Source of the DNA: Podarcis muralis
Lineage: Eukaryota
Direction of reading: 5' to 3'
DNA length: 64,000 bases
NCBI RefSeq assembly: GCF_964188315.1
Contig: NC_135664.1
Location: 40,424,001 to 40,488,000 of the forward strand
Part shown: piece after piece, positions 49,641-62,027 of the stretch
Position numbering within the stretch: the stretch's first letter is position 1
Layout of the letters: every line of letters begins with the position of its first letter
Translations under genes and position numbers: made by a program
Notes under the pieces: model-generated
Databases searched by the model: none
Seen by the model: only the letters and a program-made list of their open reading frames with translations
What the model was told of the DNA's origin: nothing

Positions 49641-50365
49641 GCCCTTTTAAAATAAGGCTCAGTTCCCTGTATGAATTATTGGGTTCATTTTCAGATGCAT
49701 GGTGGCAGGAATGGTATTCCCCTGGCCAATGAGCATTCAGTGATATGTGCTGGAGATTTTGTTGCATATTCAAATGGGCGCACATAGGTTGGGGAGGCTG
49801 CTGCCACAATGCCACTCTCCTTACACAGATGCATTCATAAAAACCCTGAATGTCTGAGAAAAAGGTCTTACATGCTAGCTGCTTTGCAATTATTCTTGGT
49901 TGTCATAATGTTTTAATATGTTGATAAAACCATCTTCTGCTCAAACCACTTCTCAGCATTTTCATGCCACCCTGAAGAATCCTACAGCTATCACCCAGAT
50001 CCTGCATAATATTTTAAAGATGTATATCTTACCAATACAAGTATATAAATCAACAGGGGATGTTCAGAGTCTGTCTGTGGGTTGAGTTAATATACTTTTT
50101 GAAAGTCGGCAAAGAATTGCTCTTTGGCATGGCCTTTGTCGTCCCCAAAAGTATCATATCTAGTGTGGGCTCATATGAATTACCTGTATATTTTTGTTTC
50201 AATGCAAAATAGGCTGACAGATGAGGGATTAAAGGCTTGAAGCACAGCAAGAACTACTTTTGATCATTTGAAAGCATTCAGATGTATCATTGCTTGTTCC
50301 AGTTTTATAACGTTGATGCAACTGCCATAAAGCTCTGTGCATGAAAAGCTGATCTACGATTCCCA

Positions 50366-50990
50366 TCTATTTATTTATTAAGACCATTTCTCTGCCTCCC
50401 AGCAACCAAATTCTCTGGGCGGCTTACAATAGTAATAAAAACCTTTTTTAAAAATCAGAAGAACGTATAGCCCGTTAGAACAAAATATATAATGCGGCGC
50501 TCAAAAAGGAAAATCTAGCAGCAGAGAATTAAAACAAACTCCTAAGGAAACCTAACAATATTTCAAGGCAGTTTTAAAATATCTTTAGAAGGTTTTAAAG
50601 GTAATGAGGTAAGCCACTCAACATGAGGTCAGCCTCTCGGGGGAAGCATTTCACAGCTGGGGCACCACAACCAAAAGAGGTCTTCTCCTCAGTGGCCACC
50701 TGACACACCTCACTTGGTGAGGTCACCCAGAGAAGGATCTCTGAAGATCTATCAAGGTCTGCATTGCTAGAAGCATTGCTTTAAATAAGAAGCAGCCTTC
50801 CGGGGATTTGAAAGTTCAAAGCCATCGCTTTGAATCAAGCCCATAAATGGATTGGTAGCCCGTGCAGATGACAGAGCCCTGGTGTTATATGACAGAAATA
50901 TCCAGCTTCTCGTACACAATGACCTCAACACCAGTAGTAACAGATGACAGCACAAACATTCTAGCATTACTAAGTTAATTGGCGCGTGCT
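50366..50990 (-). mobile_element. L2 LINE 3' fragment
   Basis: TATTTATTTATT tail with GGGCGGCTTACAA; 3'UTR and ORF2-end similarity to 20444-20770. Confidence 0.6.
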
Positions 50991-51362
50991 AGCAGTGTTG
51001 AAGTGTTCATCTGAACATGTTCAAAAATGAGGATGGAGACAGGGTTGTGTGCACAAGCTCCACCTCATACATTCCTTTGCATGTCAGCCCTGCCCACTCA
51101 ATCCTTGACCTTCATGTGTTGGGAAGGCTGCAGGGAGCTTTTACTCGCATTTGCTTAAACACACAATGAGCCCTCTGCATTACTATTATGAACCCTGGTA
51201 AGACACAGGGAAGCTGGAGGCAAAGTATATGGGGTCAGATGTGCACAGGGACAGGGGGGCGGGACTTGTGTGTCCACCTCGGCCCCCATTCTCACGTAAC
51301 CCCTGTGTATTCAGGCATATGTGCTGCAGTGAGATAGAAAACTGTTTCTCTGATTAAAGCCT

Positions 51363-51518
51363 AGGGACAGGGACGAAGAAGCTGTGGCCCTCCAGATGTT
51401 GTAGGACTCCAACTCACATCATCCTCAGCCAGCATATCCAATGGTCATGGATGATGGGAGTTGTAGTCCAAGCTGCCCAATGATACCTGGAGAGCCACAG
51501 GATCTTCAACCTTGCCTT
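51363..51518. mobile_element. Palindromic hAT MITE (1082 family)
   Basis: CCCTCCAGATGTTGTAGGACTCCAACTC..GATGATGGGAGTTGTAGTCC; further degenerate copies near 13830, 21910, 22110, 33125, 36830, 44620 and 59080. Confidence 0.6.
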
Positions 51519-52419
51519 GGGAAACAGAACTGAGCTTCTTGGTAAGTTGCAATGTGGTGCATTGTTCTGGAGTGGAGAAGCTTAAACATTTAACCAACCT
51601 TTCTCTTGAGACGTGTGTGCATGTGTGTGTGAGAGAGTGTGAGAGAGAGACAGCAGTCTCTGCTGTGATGTTAAACATGCCTTATCTCTGGCAGAGATCT
51701 GAACTGATTTCAGTTTTGTTTTGTATTTTCTACAGGTATTCACACTTGCCTCTTTTAACTCCGTTTAACATTATCAGTATGTGACAGTTCCACCACTGTA
51801 GCAACAGGAAGTGCCAGAGAACATTGTGTTCTTGCAGCTGGCTAAATAAAACATGTTCTTGTGAGGGAGCTTCAAAGAATGTAAAGTTTGAAAAGGAAAT
51901 GAAAAGATGTCTTCTTAATAACAACACAACTGTCATTTCAATAGGGAGAATCTAGATGCTATGCTTTGTCCAGCTCATAGGAGAAAGCAAAGTTCTTTAG
52001 GGCACGTGTATTTTTCTATTCTCATGTTTCAGATGAACTGGATTTCATTTTTAACAAAATAACAGAATCAAGGAAGCAGGTCAAACAAATGCCATTTGAT
52101 TGTACTGCTTATATTCAGAAACATCTACATAAAATAATATATTGTATAACCATATTTCAAGATAAATACAGTCATTATTACAAGAATGAGATCGTACTAA
52201 AAATTGGATTCCTTCTGTTCTATAGTTCTGCACATCACCTATTTTAAAATAAAATAAACAAATGCCATCCTCTTCTACTGGATCAGCGTTCAAGTCTAAA
52301 GAAAGGTTTTATACTTCCAGGTCAGGGTTTCACTTTTCTTGCTTAGTAAGCATTTAGAGAATTAACTTCCATGAAAACAAAGTAAAAAAAAAAAAAAGAG
52401 CCAGTGTACTTAGGGCTGG

Positions 52420-52815
52420 ATATTATTTCATTTTTATTCAAAAAACAGCTATGCTGCTTACTGAACAGAAAACATCTAAGTGGTGTACAAAGGACAATCT
52501 AAACTATACATTTAAAAATACCCATAAAAGAAGACATTAAAACCAAGTTAGCATAAAATTTTAAAATATAAATAAAACCAGCAATATAAAAACAATTATG
52601 CATAATAAAACCACATATTACAATTACATGACTGGGTAGGCTTTGTGAAACAAAAACACTTTTAGGGGGCTCCAAAAACATTGCAACAAAGGAGTCAGCC
52701 TGACATTAATGGTTGGAGAATTCCAAAGGGTAGGAACTGCCATGTTTAAAGATCAATTCCTTGCAAGCGAAGAATGAACGATATGTGGCACTTGCAGATT
52801 GAAGCAGTTGTGGTT
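52420..52815 (-). mobile_element. L2 LINE 3' fragment
   Basis: GTGGTGTACAA tail motif; GAGAATTCCAAAGGGTAGGAACTGCC 3'UTR motif. Confidence 0.45.
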
Positions 52816-52819
52816 AATA

Positions 52820-54650
52820 GCAGCCTTGGTCACCCTGAGACAGCAGAAGTGAGACTCTGTTGGTTGTCCTTGATCTCTCAGCAGCTCTTGACATCATTGA
52901 CCATGGTATTCTTCTGGAGAGGCTCAAGGTGGTGGGAGTTGGAGGCACTATTACACAGCAGTTCTGCCCCTACCTACAAGGCCACCACCGATGGCTTTCA
53001 GGCGTTGGGGTCCCAAAAGGCTCCATTATGTCTTCTATGCTACTTAACATCTCTGTTTGCTGTCATCTGGGGATTTGGAGCCCAGTGTCACCAGTATGCA
53101 GCTCTATCACTCCATTCCAGCAGAATCAGGAGAGCCTGCTAAATTGTTGGACAGGTGCCTCAGCACAGTGATGGACTGGATGGGGGTGAATGAATTGAGG
53201 CTGAGTGCTGATGAGGTGGAAGGGCTGTGGGCAGACGGTTCCCATGTCCAGGAGTGAGATGTAGAACCTTCCTTTGAGGGGCTGTGCTCACCCCTGAAGG
53301 AACAGCTTCACAGTTTGGGAATACTCCTTGATTCCAACTTGTCAATGGAGTCTAAAGGGGCTTCTGTGGCTTGGAGTGCTTATGCCCAGCTTAGAATAAT
53401 TCACTGTTCTTGGGCTTAGGGAAGCCTGGCCTCAGTTGTCCTTGCTATGATGTCCTCCCATCTGGACTACTGTAATTCGCTGCTCATGAGGCTGGAGTTT
53501 GGAGAATGCAGCTGCTAGGCTGGTAAGTAGGGCGACCCTATCAGACCATTTGTGATCGGTCCTGAAAGTGCTGCACTTGCTGCCAGTGAGCTACCAGGGC
53601 AAATTCAAATTGCTAGTACCATAATACACAGCCCTAAACAGATTTGGATCCAAGTACTAAAAGGAACATCTTCCCCAATATCAACCCTCTCAGACTCTAC
53701 ATTTGGCATGGGAGGTGGTGGTGCCACCACTATGGGCTACCCAGCTTGTGTTGACCTGTGAGAGGGCCTGTTCAGTGGCTTTGCCTGTTTATAGAATGCC
53801 CTCCATGGTGAGGTGTCTCCTTGATTATTGTCTTTTAAAAGGAAGTTAAAAACATTCCTGTTTACCCAGGTGATTAATGGCTGAAAGACACTGTTCCTGT
53901 TGTTGTTCAGTCGTTTAGTCGTGTCTGACTCTTCGTGACCCCATGGACCAGAGCACGTCGGGCACTCCTGTCTTCCATTGCCTCCCCCAGTTTGGTCAGA
54001 CTCATGTTTGTAGCTTCGAGAACACTGTCCAACCATCTCGTCCTCTGTCATCCCCTTCTCCTTGTGCCCTCCATCTTTCCCAACATCAGGGTCTTTTCCA
54101 GGGAGTCTTCTCTTCTCATGAGGTGGAAAAAGTATTGGAGTCTCAGCTTCACAATCTGTCCTTCCAGTGAGCACTCAGGGCTGATTTCCTTCAGGATGGA
54201 TTGGTTTGATCTTCTTGCAGTCCATGAGACTCTCAAGAGTCTCCTCCAGCACCATAATTCAAAAGCATCAATTCTTCGGCGATCAGCCTTCTTTATGGTC
54301 CAGCTCTCACTTCCATACATCACTACTGGGAAAACCATGGCTTTAACTATACGGACCTTTGTTGGCAAGGTGATGTCTCTGCTTTTTAAGATGCTGTCTA
54401 GGTTTGCCATCGCCTTTCTCCCAAGGAGCAGTCGTCTTTTAATTTCGTGACTGCTGCCACCATCTGCAGTGATCATGGAGCCCAAGAAAGTAAAATCTCT
54501 TACTGCCTCCATTTCGTCCCCTTCTATTTGCCATTTTAAAATGTGTTTAACTGTGTTTTTTAAAATGCTTTTTTAAAAAATGCTTTGTTTTATTTATATA
54601 TTTGCCACCCTGAGCATCTTCAGGAGGAAAGATGGGATATAAATTGAATG
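52820..54650 (+). mobile_element. L2 LINE ORF2/3' end, degenerate and interrupted by BovB
   Basis: LVVLDLSAALDIIDHGILLERL (RT motif 3 region), GVPKGS (GVPQGS), LDYCN-like CTGGACTACTGTAAT; 3' tail GCCACCCTGAG..GATGGGATATAAAT at about 54600-54645. Confidence 0.8.
53898..54533 (-). mobile_element. BovB/RTE LINE 3' fragment with 154-codon RT C-terminal ORF
   Basis: ORF 54048..54512: DFTFLGSMIT..EIKRRLLLGRKAM..FPVVMYGSESWT..; (CAA)n tail. Confidence 0.94.
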
Positions 54651-55935
54651 ACTAAATGCTAGTAATAAATGAATAACCATGGAACCATTTTGAAAATGTG
54701 GGTTAAGCTATGATTCAGCTCCATCAGTATTTCCCATTTCTCCAGTTTGGTTCCAGTTCAGACAGTAACTTTCGGGGGTGGGAGAACGGTTCAATAGCAG
54801 GCTCAGCCTCTTAGAACTACTTCAAATTTATTTCCTGTGGATTGATGTCATCCTGTTACGTTTGGAATGGAACTATCAGGGCCAATCTGTGCTGTTTGAG
54901 AACAACTACTTATTTAGAAACAGTGATTGTACAATTTGTCCTGGGTTCTTGTGTCTATTCTTCCTTGCATACAAGCTTGAAGGTAGATGTTCTACTACAT
55001 TTTGTTCCTAGTTTGCTTTCAAAGTTGGTTGATCTGATAAGACAGCAATAAGTATCCAGCAATCCCTTACCGGCTGCATTTCTTAAACTTCCTCAGACAA
55101 TAAGCTCACAATTTCACTTAATTATTCAGATATTTTGAGATTTCTACACTGCTATCATACTGGCTCCTGAGCATTTGCAAACATTAGATGTTGCACTAAG
55201 CATTTTTATACGAATAAACTCCTAAAACAGGAAAGGCAGCCTATTTATTTTAGTGTCACTACACAGGAAATAAGAATTCCTTTTCCAATGGATAAAATAA
55301 ATCTTTGGCAGGACATAGTTTGTCTGTGACAAGATAGATTTCTATTTACAACTTTCGGGGATTTGAAGAAAAAAAAGCATATAATCTTGTTATTTTATCA
55401 AGCAAATCACTGAAAAACAATATTAATTTGAACAAGATGTATAGAAAGATGCTGGCTACATTTAGCCATAGCCAGCGGCAGTCTCTCTCATTCAAACCCC
55501 AAAAAGAAAGAAAAAGAACAGAAGCAATTATGTCATCGTTACCTTTTCCTCAAGCAGTACAACAATAATTCTTTCAGGGTTACTTTTGTCAAATGCTGCC
55601 TGAGTGCGTATTCATAATTCATCTGTTTACAATAATTAGCAATGTTGCCAAATAAATAAATAACCCCCAAAACATTTGCCAAGTAAATGAAGGAAGGTTT
55701 GGAGGGAGCGCTCTACAGTTTTCATGTCATTGCCATTAACTTAGTTTCTCAGGCTTATTATTACATTTTCTTACTGAACACTTCATGCCTTTGGCAGTCA
55801 CAATGATGGAAGGACATTATTACACAATCCATGATGAATCCTTCAGATCCATCTGCTGATTTCTCTTCCAATTTGTACATTAATAAAATTCCATGGGTCT
55901 CCATAGAAACACCTGGCCTTTTAAGAAGTCAGTTT

Positions 55936-56554
55936 TGTTACGGAGCCCTGGGAGAACCCATGAGGTCCAGTCACGGACCGCTCTCCCTCCTGTAGCTGCT
56001 GGTGAACAATATGTTAGGTTCTATCAACCAACTGTCCTCTCTCTTCTTTTGAAGAACCCCAGGGTAGGAAACAAATATTCCCCTTTCCCTGTTAAATTGT
56101 TCAGAGGTAAGACAGAAGAGGAGACACTTTAATCATCCTCAGTCTTCTCCAGGGTCAAGGTAGGTCCTCAAAATCCTCTCTCCTCACTCCTGCTTTCTGG
56201 GGGGTTCCAAAGAGGACATTCTTAGGCTCCATGTATACTTAATGGTATTCCTGGACTCGATCCAAATTTCCATCTGCGAAACAATTCTGTTGCTCAGACC
56301 AGCATAAGTCTAATCCATTTTAGGCCTTGTGCTGAAATGGTGCTTGGGAGAATCGAAAGGACTTCATTGGTATCTTTCGGGATCCTACTTTGTGGGAAAC
56401 AACTCCAAACTTAAAATGGATTGAGTGTCACGGGAAGTGACCGTAAGTACTAGCATAGAAGGAAACCTGGAGCTAACTAGAAGACAAGGCAGGAAGAGAA
56501 GGACAAAGCAGATGAGAGTAGCGATCTCAGATCTTGAGGCTAGCGTTTATAACA
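55936..56554 (-). mobile_element. Possible solo LTR
   Basis: TGTTA..TAACA termini and minus-strand ATTAAA near 56130; no TSD found. Confidence 0.3.
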
Positions 56555-56945
56555 TACTCACACTGATATTTTAGCAATATTTTCCCAAGTGCCAAAAACT
56601 AGCTGATTGTCAGCGCTTGAGAAACTCTGCGCACAAGGCTTCTAAAACACAAGTGCTGACAATCTGCTGATGGGAAACATTGCAGAAGGAGCTTAGCAAG
56701 CCCTGCTCTTCATGTCACCCACGTGTTCACAAACAGCTGAATGTCAGTGCTTGGGAAGAGCTGCGCACACTTTTTTGCCTGTGTGGTTTGATTTCAAACC
56801 ATGCTGCGAAAAATGGGGCAGCTGACCTCACTGTCAAACCTGGCTTGTAAGGGTATGTGGAGACAGAGATCCAGCCAAAAGGCTGAATCCAGGTTTCCAC
56901 CCCAGTTCGAAATGAACTGTGATACCCTGTACTTTTGCATTCCAT

Positions 56946-57030
56946 TAAGAACACAAGAAGAGCCTGGTGAATCAAGCCAATAGTCCACCTGGTCCAATAT
57001 TCTGTTCTCATTGTGGCCAACCATATCCCA
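56946..57030 (-). mobile_element. CR1-type 3' tail remnant
   Basis: TAAGAACACAAGAAGAGCCTGGTGAATCAAGCCAATAGTCC (reverse of the 46994 motif). Confidence 0.5.
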
Positions 57031-59151
57031 CCTTTTCATTACCCCCACCTTTGCAGCTAAGTGCAGATATACCTGACAACAGAGGATCACATTCCCTCCA
57101 TCTGATGAAGCGCATTCTAAATGCAAGAAAGCCTATTTCATTAAAATGGTTCATCTTCAGTGTAGCACAAAGTTTTTTATTGCAACACAATTTTATTCTC
57201 GCCCCAACTCTCTTGTATTTTTATGTTGTGAAGTGCTGTGATCTACATATGGAGGCCGGTATACAAATGTAATAACTAATAATGATAATAATTTAAATCT
57301 AGCAAGAAAAATAAGTGAACATGAACTGAGTACATCGGCTATAACTTTGGTTTACTGTCATACAATAGGATTGTGTGACAGGATGTGCAAAAGAGAGGAC
57401 AAATGTGTCTTCCTGATACTCCCGTACAATGTAAAAGGTGAAGAAGACATGGGACTTGCAAAAGATAGGAGGGGGAGACCCCAAGAACATATCTTACAAA
57501 TAATTTCAGAGGCTTTAAGAACTAATTATGCAGAATAGACGAGCTCTGGCAGGTACTGGCAATAATTATACGATGCAACCAATTTAAAATGCTGAATCCT
57601 GAGGGATATGGTTTTGTGATACAGCATAATTATACTTCCTCCACATGAAAGTGCAGTATTCATTTCCCAGAGCACTCAGCCAAACATAAATATCATTACA
57701 AGGTCTGATCCAGTGTTTAGTGAAATCCACAGACATGCTCTAGAGGGCCAAGAATCATATGGAAGAAAAACCTCAAACGCTGCAAAAAGTATTAACAGAG
57801 TGACCTAAGAACATGCACATACAGTTATTTAAAAAGCATATAATGGAGACTCTGTGCAAAATGCAATCTGATGAAAGGATATCGGATTATTAGATGATCC
57901 AACCAAAGCATAACTAGATGCCTCCAGGAAGCCCACTGGATCCTATGGAAAAGGTCAGCTGTGGAAAGCCTGTTGGGCCTGAAGAAAGCAGCCACCCTTT
58001 CCTGCTGCAGATCCAACTTTAGAATTTAGCTTTTTATAATTCCTAGAGTGCAGTAGGGCATGGGGAGTGTTCTTAGGTATTTCTGCAGTCAACGGCAGCA
58101 AAGGAGGCAGAATAGCTGGCTACATACAAGCCTCACTTTGCTAAAATGTCACCCAAATTATCCTTTGGCATGTGCATAGTCTGCAAATGTTCAAACTTTT
58201 CCTGAAGTCTTAAAGGCACTGGTTGCAGACAAAACATGGATCACCAATTCTGAACTGTCTAGCATAACTGGAGACAAGGAGGATTCTATCAAGGCAGGTC
58301 ACACTCATGTTCCTGTTTGATTCTAGTTTAGATCATTGATCTGAATTGCAGGAGGCCTTTTGTGATTTTTTTGGTGAAAGTTGAAAGAATAAGGCTATGG
58401 CTCTTTGTCATAAAAATTATTTGAATGCATTTATTTGTTTAATTTCTTTACCACCCTTCATCGGAAGTTTACAATATTGTTGCATGCCAACCCAATCTCT
58501 GATCAAGGCACTTACCCAGGGTATGTGTTTCCTTTGGGGAAATGAGGCACACCGTAGACTGTGGTGTCTTTAGGATATATAGTTATTTACACATCTGTAC
58601 AACCTGAGCCCATGATGAAGGGGCTTGCAGCATTAATAACCCAAAAGGGTACTGTTTCTCCTATAGCTGCAGCCTTGGATTCATACAGAAATCAAGAATT
58701 ATTCTCAAATCTTGCTCTCTCTTTTCCAGCTTGCTGCTTTAGCTCTAGGTCACATCACTGCAAGCTCTCCTTCAAACTCTGGCTTTATCTTCTAACTAAC
58801 CACGTGCAAAGGAGGGGGAGGGGTCCCACCCATTTGCCTTCGCACACAAAACCCCTTTCCTTACCCCCCTTAATGGCCCATCACCCAAGCTATCACCTCA
58901 ACACAGGTTCACATTTGAACACTTGCTGGATCCAGGGGTTAGAAGCATCTCACATACAGCCTACTTCTTCCCTAACCAAACTTACAATATAAAAACACAA
59001 AAAGACATAACATAGTAACAAACAATAAGGGGGGGGAACCCTGCAGTTTAAAAGGTCATAGAAAAAGAATGTTTTTGTGTGACCATGCTGGCTACAGCTG
59101 ATGGGAGTTGTAGTCCAATAACATCTGGAGGACAGCAGATTGTTGACCCCT

Positions 59152-59222
59152 GGCATAGGCAATACTGAGCTAAATGTACCAGTGATTTGACTTAGGACAG
59201 GGCAGCTTCCAGCATTCCTATA
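59152..59222 (+). mobile_element. Squam2/CR1-type 3' half
   Basis: CAATACTGAGCTAAATGTACCAGTGATTTGACTTAGGACAGGGCAGCTTCC. Confidence 0.5.
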
Positions 59223-60156
59223 AAGGGAAGCATCATGGGTCAAAGGTAGGCCTGACTCTTTCTCATGTCAGCAGCAGTCAAAAGTTTGCAGGACTTACTG
59301 ACTGCGTAAGACATGGATGGTGAACTTTGGGATGTAATCCGGTGCATATTCATGTGCAAGTAAGCTTTGCTGAATACAGTGGGGCTTGCTACTGAATAAA
59401 CATGTGCATGAGTGGTAAGCCACCAAGAGAACTGTGAGGAGCAGCAACCTTGAACTGGGTTGGAGCAGAAGCGTCCAAGGGTACCCAAAGCCAATTTGCT
59501 GTCTGAATAATTTTAAAAGATGATATTATGCTCCATTGTGCTGGACACAGAGGCAGGCACTGGGAATCTATAACTAAACCCAGGACACCATCCTGCAATA
59601 AAAGCCTTATAGAAGCTGAGAGATTCCTGTGAACCATGGGCAGGGAGAAGGGTGGGCAAAGCAGTTTGGGAGAGTCAACGATTTTGGCAAAACAAATGAG
59701 AGAGGCATCCAGTGCAAATTTGGAAGGATGGAAAGGGGACTTCTCAAAGTTACACCCAAATCTATCACACCATTAAGCCCACGATTTACTTTGGCCACAT
59801 CAGTAGTCTCATCGCTTAGCTTTAAAGTCATGCTAATCTTTTGCTGAGATCAGCGGTTTTAAAGAGTATGCAAAAGCCAAGCATGCAAAGAAGTGTGCAT
59901 GTGCTCAGTTTAGAATCCAGAAGAAACTGTATAAAATCAATGCAAAAAAATAGCTTGACTGGTGCATTATTTTAAAGATTAAGGGTTCCGAAGAAGCAGA
60001 GCTGGCCATTAATCAACATTTTTACCTGCAGCTGTTTGGTGGTCTAGAAATGCCATTCAGCATATGGCATTGTTCTGTGTTCCCAGGAGAGGAGATTCCC
60101 CCAAGCACTTTAATTTGCAAGAGGGTCATTCAGATATCACAAAGGGGGTCATTGGT

Positions 60157-60419
60157 AGAAGAAGAAAAAGAGGAAGAGGAGGAGGAGTTTGGACTTGATA
60201 TCCCACCTTTCACTCCTCTTAAGGAGTCTCAAAGCGGCTAACAATCTCCTCTTCCTTCCTCCCGCACAACAAACACTCTGTGAGGTGAGTGGGGCTGAAA
60301 GACTTCAGAGAAATGTGCCTACCCCAAGGTCACCCAGCAGCTGCATGTGGAGGAGCAGGGAAGCAAACCCAGTTCACCAGATTACAAGTCAACCACTCTT
60401 AACCACTACACCATGCTGG
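60157..60419 (-). mobile_element. Squam3-type SINE with (CTT/CCT)n tail
   Basis: Reverse-complement match to 20052-20283; tail GAAGAAGAAAAAGAGGAAGAGGAGGAGGAG. Confidence 0.85.
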
Positions 60420-61941
60420 GTCGTCGTCCCCCCATAAAATATACTGGAGTTTCCCCAGAAAGGGTAAGTCCAGATTAAATGTGGGATACAACTAGCATTT
60501 TGAGGAAACAAAAGCAACTTGCATGAAGAGCAATGATCCCTCAATAAATACCTGGTAAAATCATGGCTATGAGTTCAACCTCTGCCCTAAAGTTCTCCTT
60601 GGCAGCTCTATCCATTTGGTGTTTTCAGATGGATTGTCCTCCTTTTGTTTCCTTTTTCCTTTTTACACATTCTTTTATAATTTACAGATCCAGAGACTGC
60701 CTTGAAGGCACACTGTGCCAAACCCGGAAGTGACCCAAAAATGTCACTGAGAGGGCAGAACAGGAGCAGAATGGGGCAGAATGCTTTATGGAGGCCCCAC
60801 TAACATGGGGAGGGGCAGAATGTAACCCCCACACAAAACAAGGATTGCCTGTATCAGAAAACAGTGAGGCAGTAATCCTAAACACTCCTATGGCTTCATA
60901 CCACTTGATATTAGTTATCCATTACTCTTGCACTAGTGACAAGACAGTTTCATTTTGATCTGACAGAAAGCTGCATCCACATGTGTGCATCTATGTATGT
61001 GTGTAATGTATTGCTATAAATTAAAATAAAACTCAAACTTACACATGATTGTTTGTGACACAAATCTCTTTTAGTTTACAGCTACCAAAAATGTGTCTAA
61101 TCTAGCTTTTATTTTTGCTACTTTTTAAAAGACACCAGGTAAGATGTAGGTGGTTGTTGCTGTTTTTTAAAAAAAGTTGATTGAAGACTCCCCAGTCCCA
61201 CAAGGAATGAAAGAAAATACATTTACGGAGAGAAAAGCCTGTAGATCAGCTTTTTAATTATTTTGCTGTTGTTGTTTTTCTTTTGGCAAGGAATCGAGTT
61301 TCCCAACTGTAGAAAGTACATCCAAACAGCATCTTGCTGGCTATCTGCCATTTTTTATGTAAACCAGCATACACCTATTTTTGGAATTGGAGAAGTCATT
61401 GTTCGGATGTTATAATCAGCAGTTCAACTAAAACAATGCACCTTGCAAGCATGGCAGGAAATGGGGGCAAATACTAATTACTGTCATTTTCTATTTCACT
61501 GTGAGTTGGCAGCACTTCCTTCTCAGATTCTGCTGGCCCCCAGCTCTTACAAAAATAGAAATGTTAAATTTCTGTATAGCTGTGAACCGTCTCCGCCCTG
61601 TTTGGAATCTGGCATATAAAATGAATGTTCTCTCTTCTCATAATGTTTATTTATGCTAAAGATAACACAGCTAAGACCTGTGGAGCCCCACCTCTGTTGT
61701 TCATTGGTGACTCATGGTCCTGAAGACAGAGAGCTGTAGGGGATCACTTTCTAGCAAAGGTACGTTTACAGGTTTGAGGGTGAAGAAAGAGAAAAGTGTG
61801 GCAAATTTTCAAGGTGTCCCATTTCACTACCTTGCAAACATCTTGGGTATATTCTGGGCCTCAGGATTCATTAAAATAATAATCCTTAGCATTTACACAC
61901 CATTCGGAATGGCCAATGTGCTTCTTGTATGCTATTTCATT

Positions 61942-62027
61942 CAGTGCTATTTTTCACGAAAAAGAGGTGCTGGAACTCACCATGAACACCTCCCTTGTTC
62001 TCTTATAACAGCAATGGTGCCCACCTG
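61942..62027. mobile_element. hAT MITE fragment (28354 family)
   Basis: CAGTGCTATTTTTCACGAAAAAGAGGTGCTGGAACTCACCATGAACACCTC. Confidence 0.65.

Noticed and set aside
51735-51775. 41-nt micro-exon candidate (tacAG|...|GTATGT)
   Set aside because: Too short to assess; no partner exon or homology
53935-54450. Long antisense ORF (171 aa) also seen in the other two BovB copies (40366..40869, 47126..47536)
   Set aside because: It is the antisense frame whose third codon positions coincide with those of the RT frame. Stops there require only a few sense dicodons (NNY-TAN, NNT-CAN), so it stays open passively. Recurrence reflects the shared TE consensus, not a gene.
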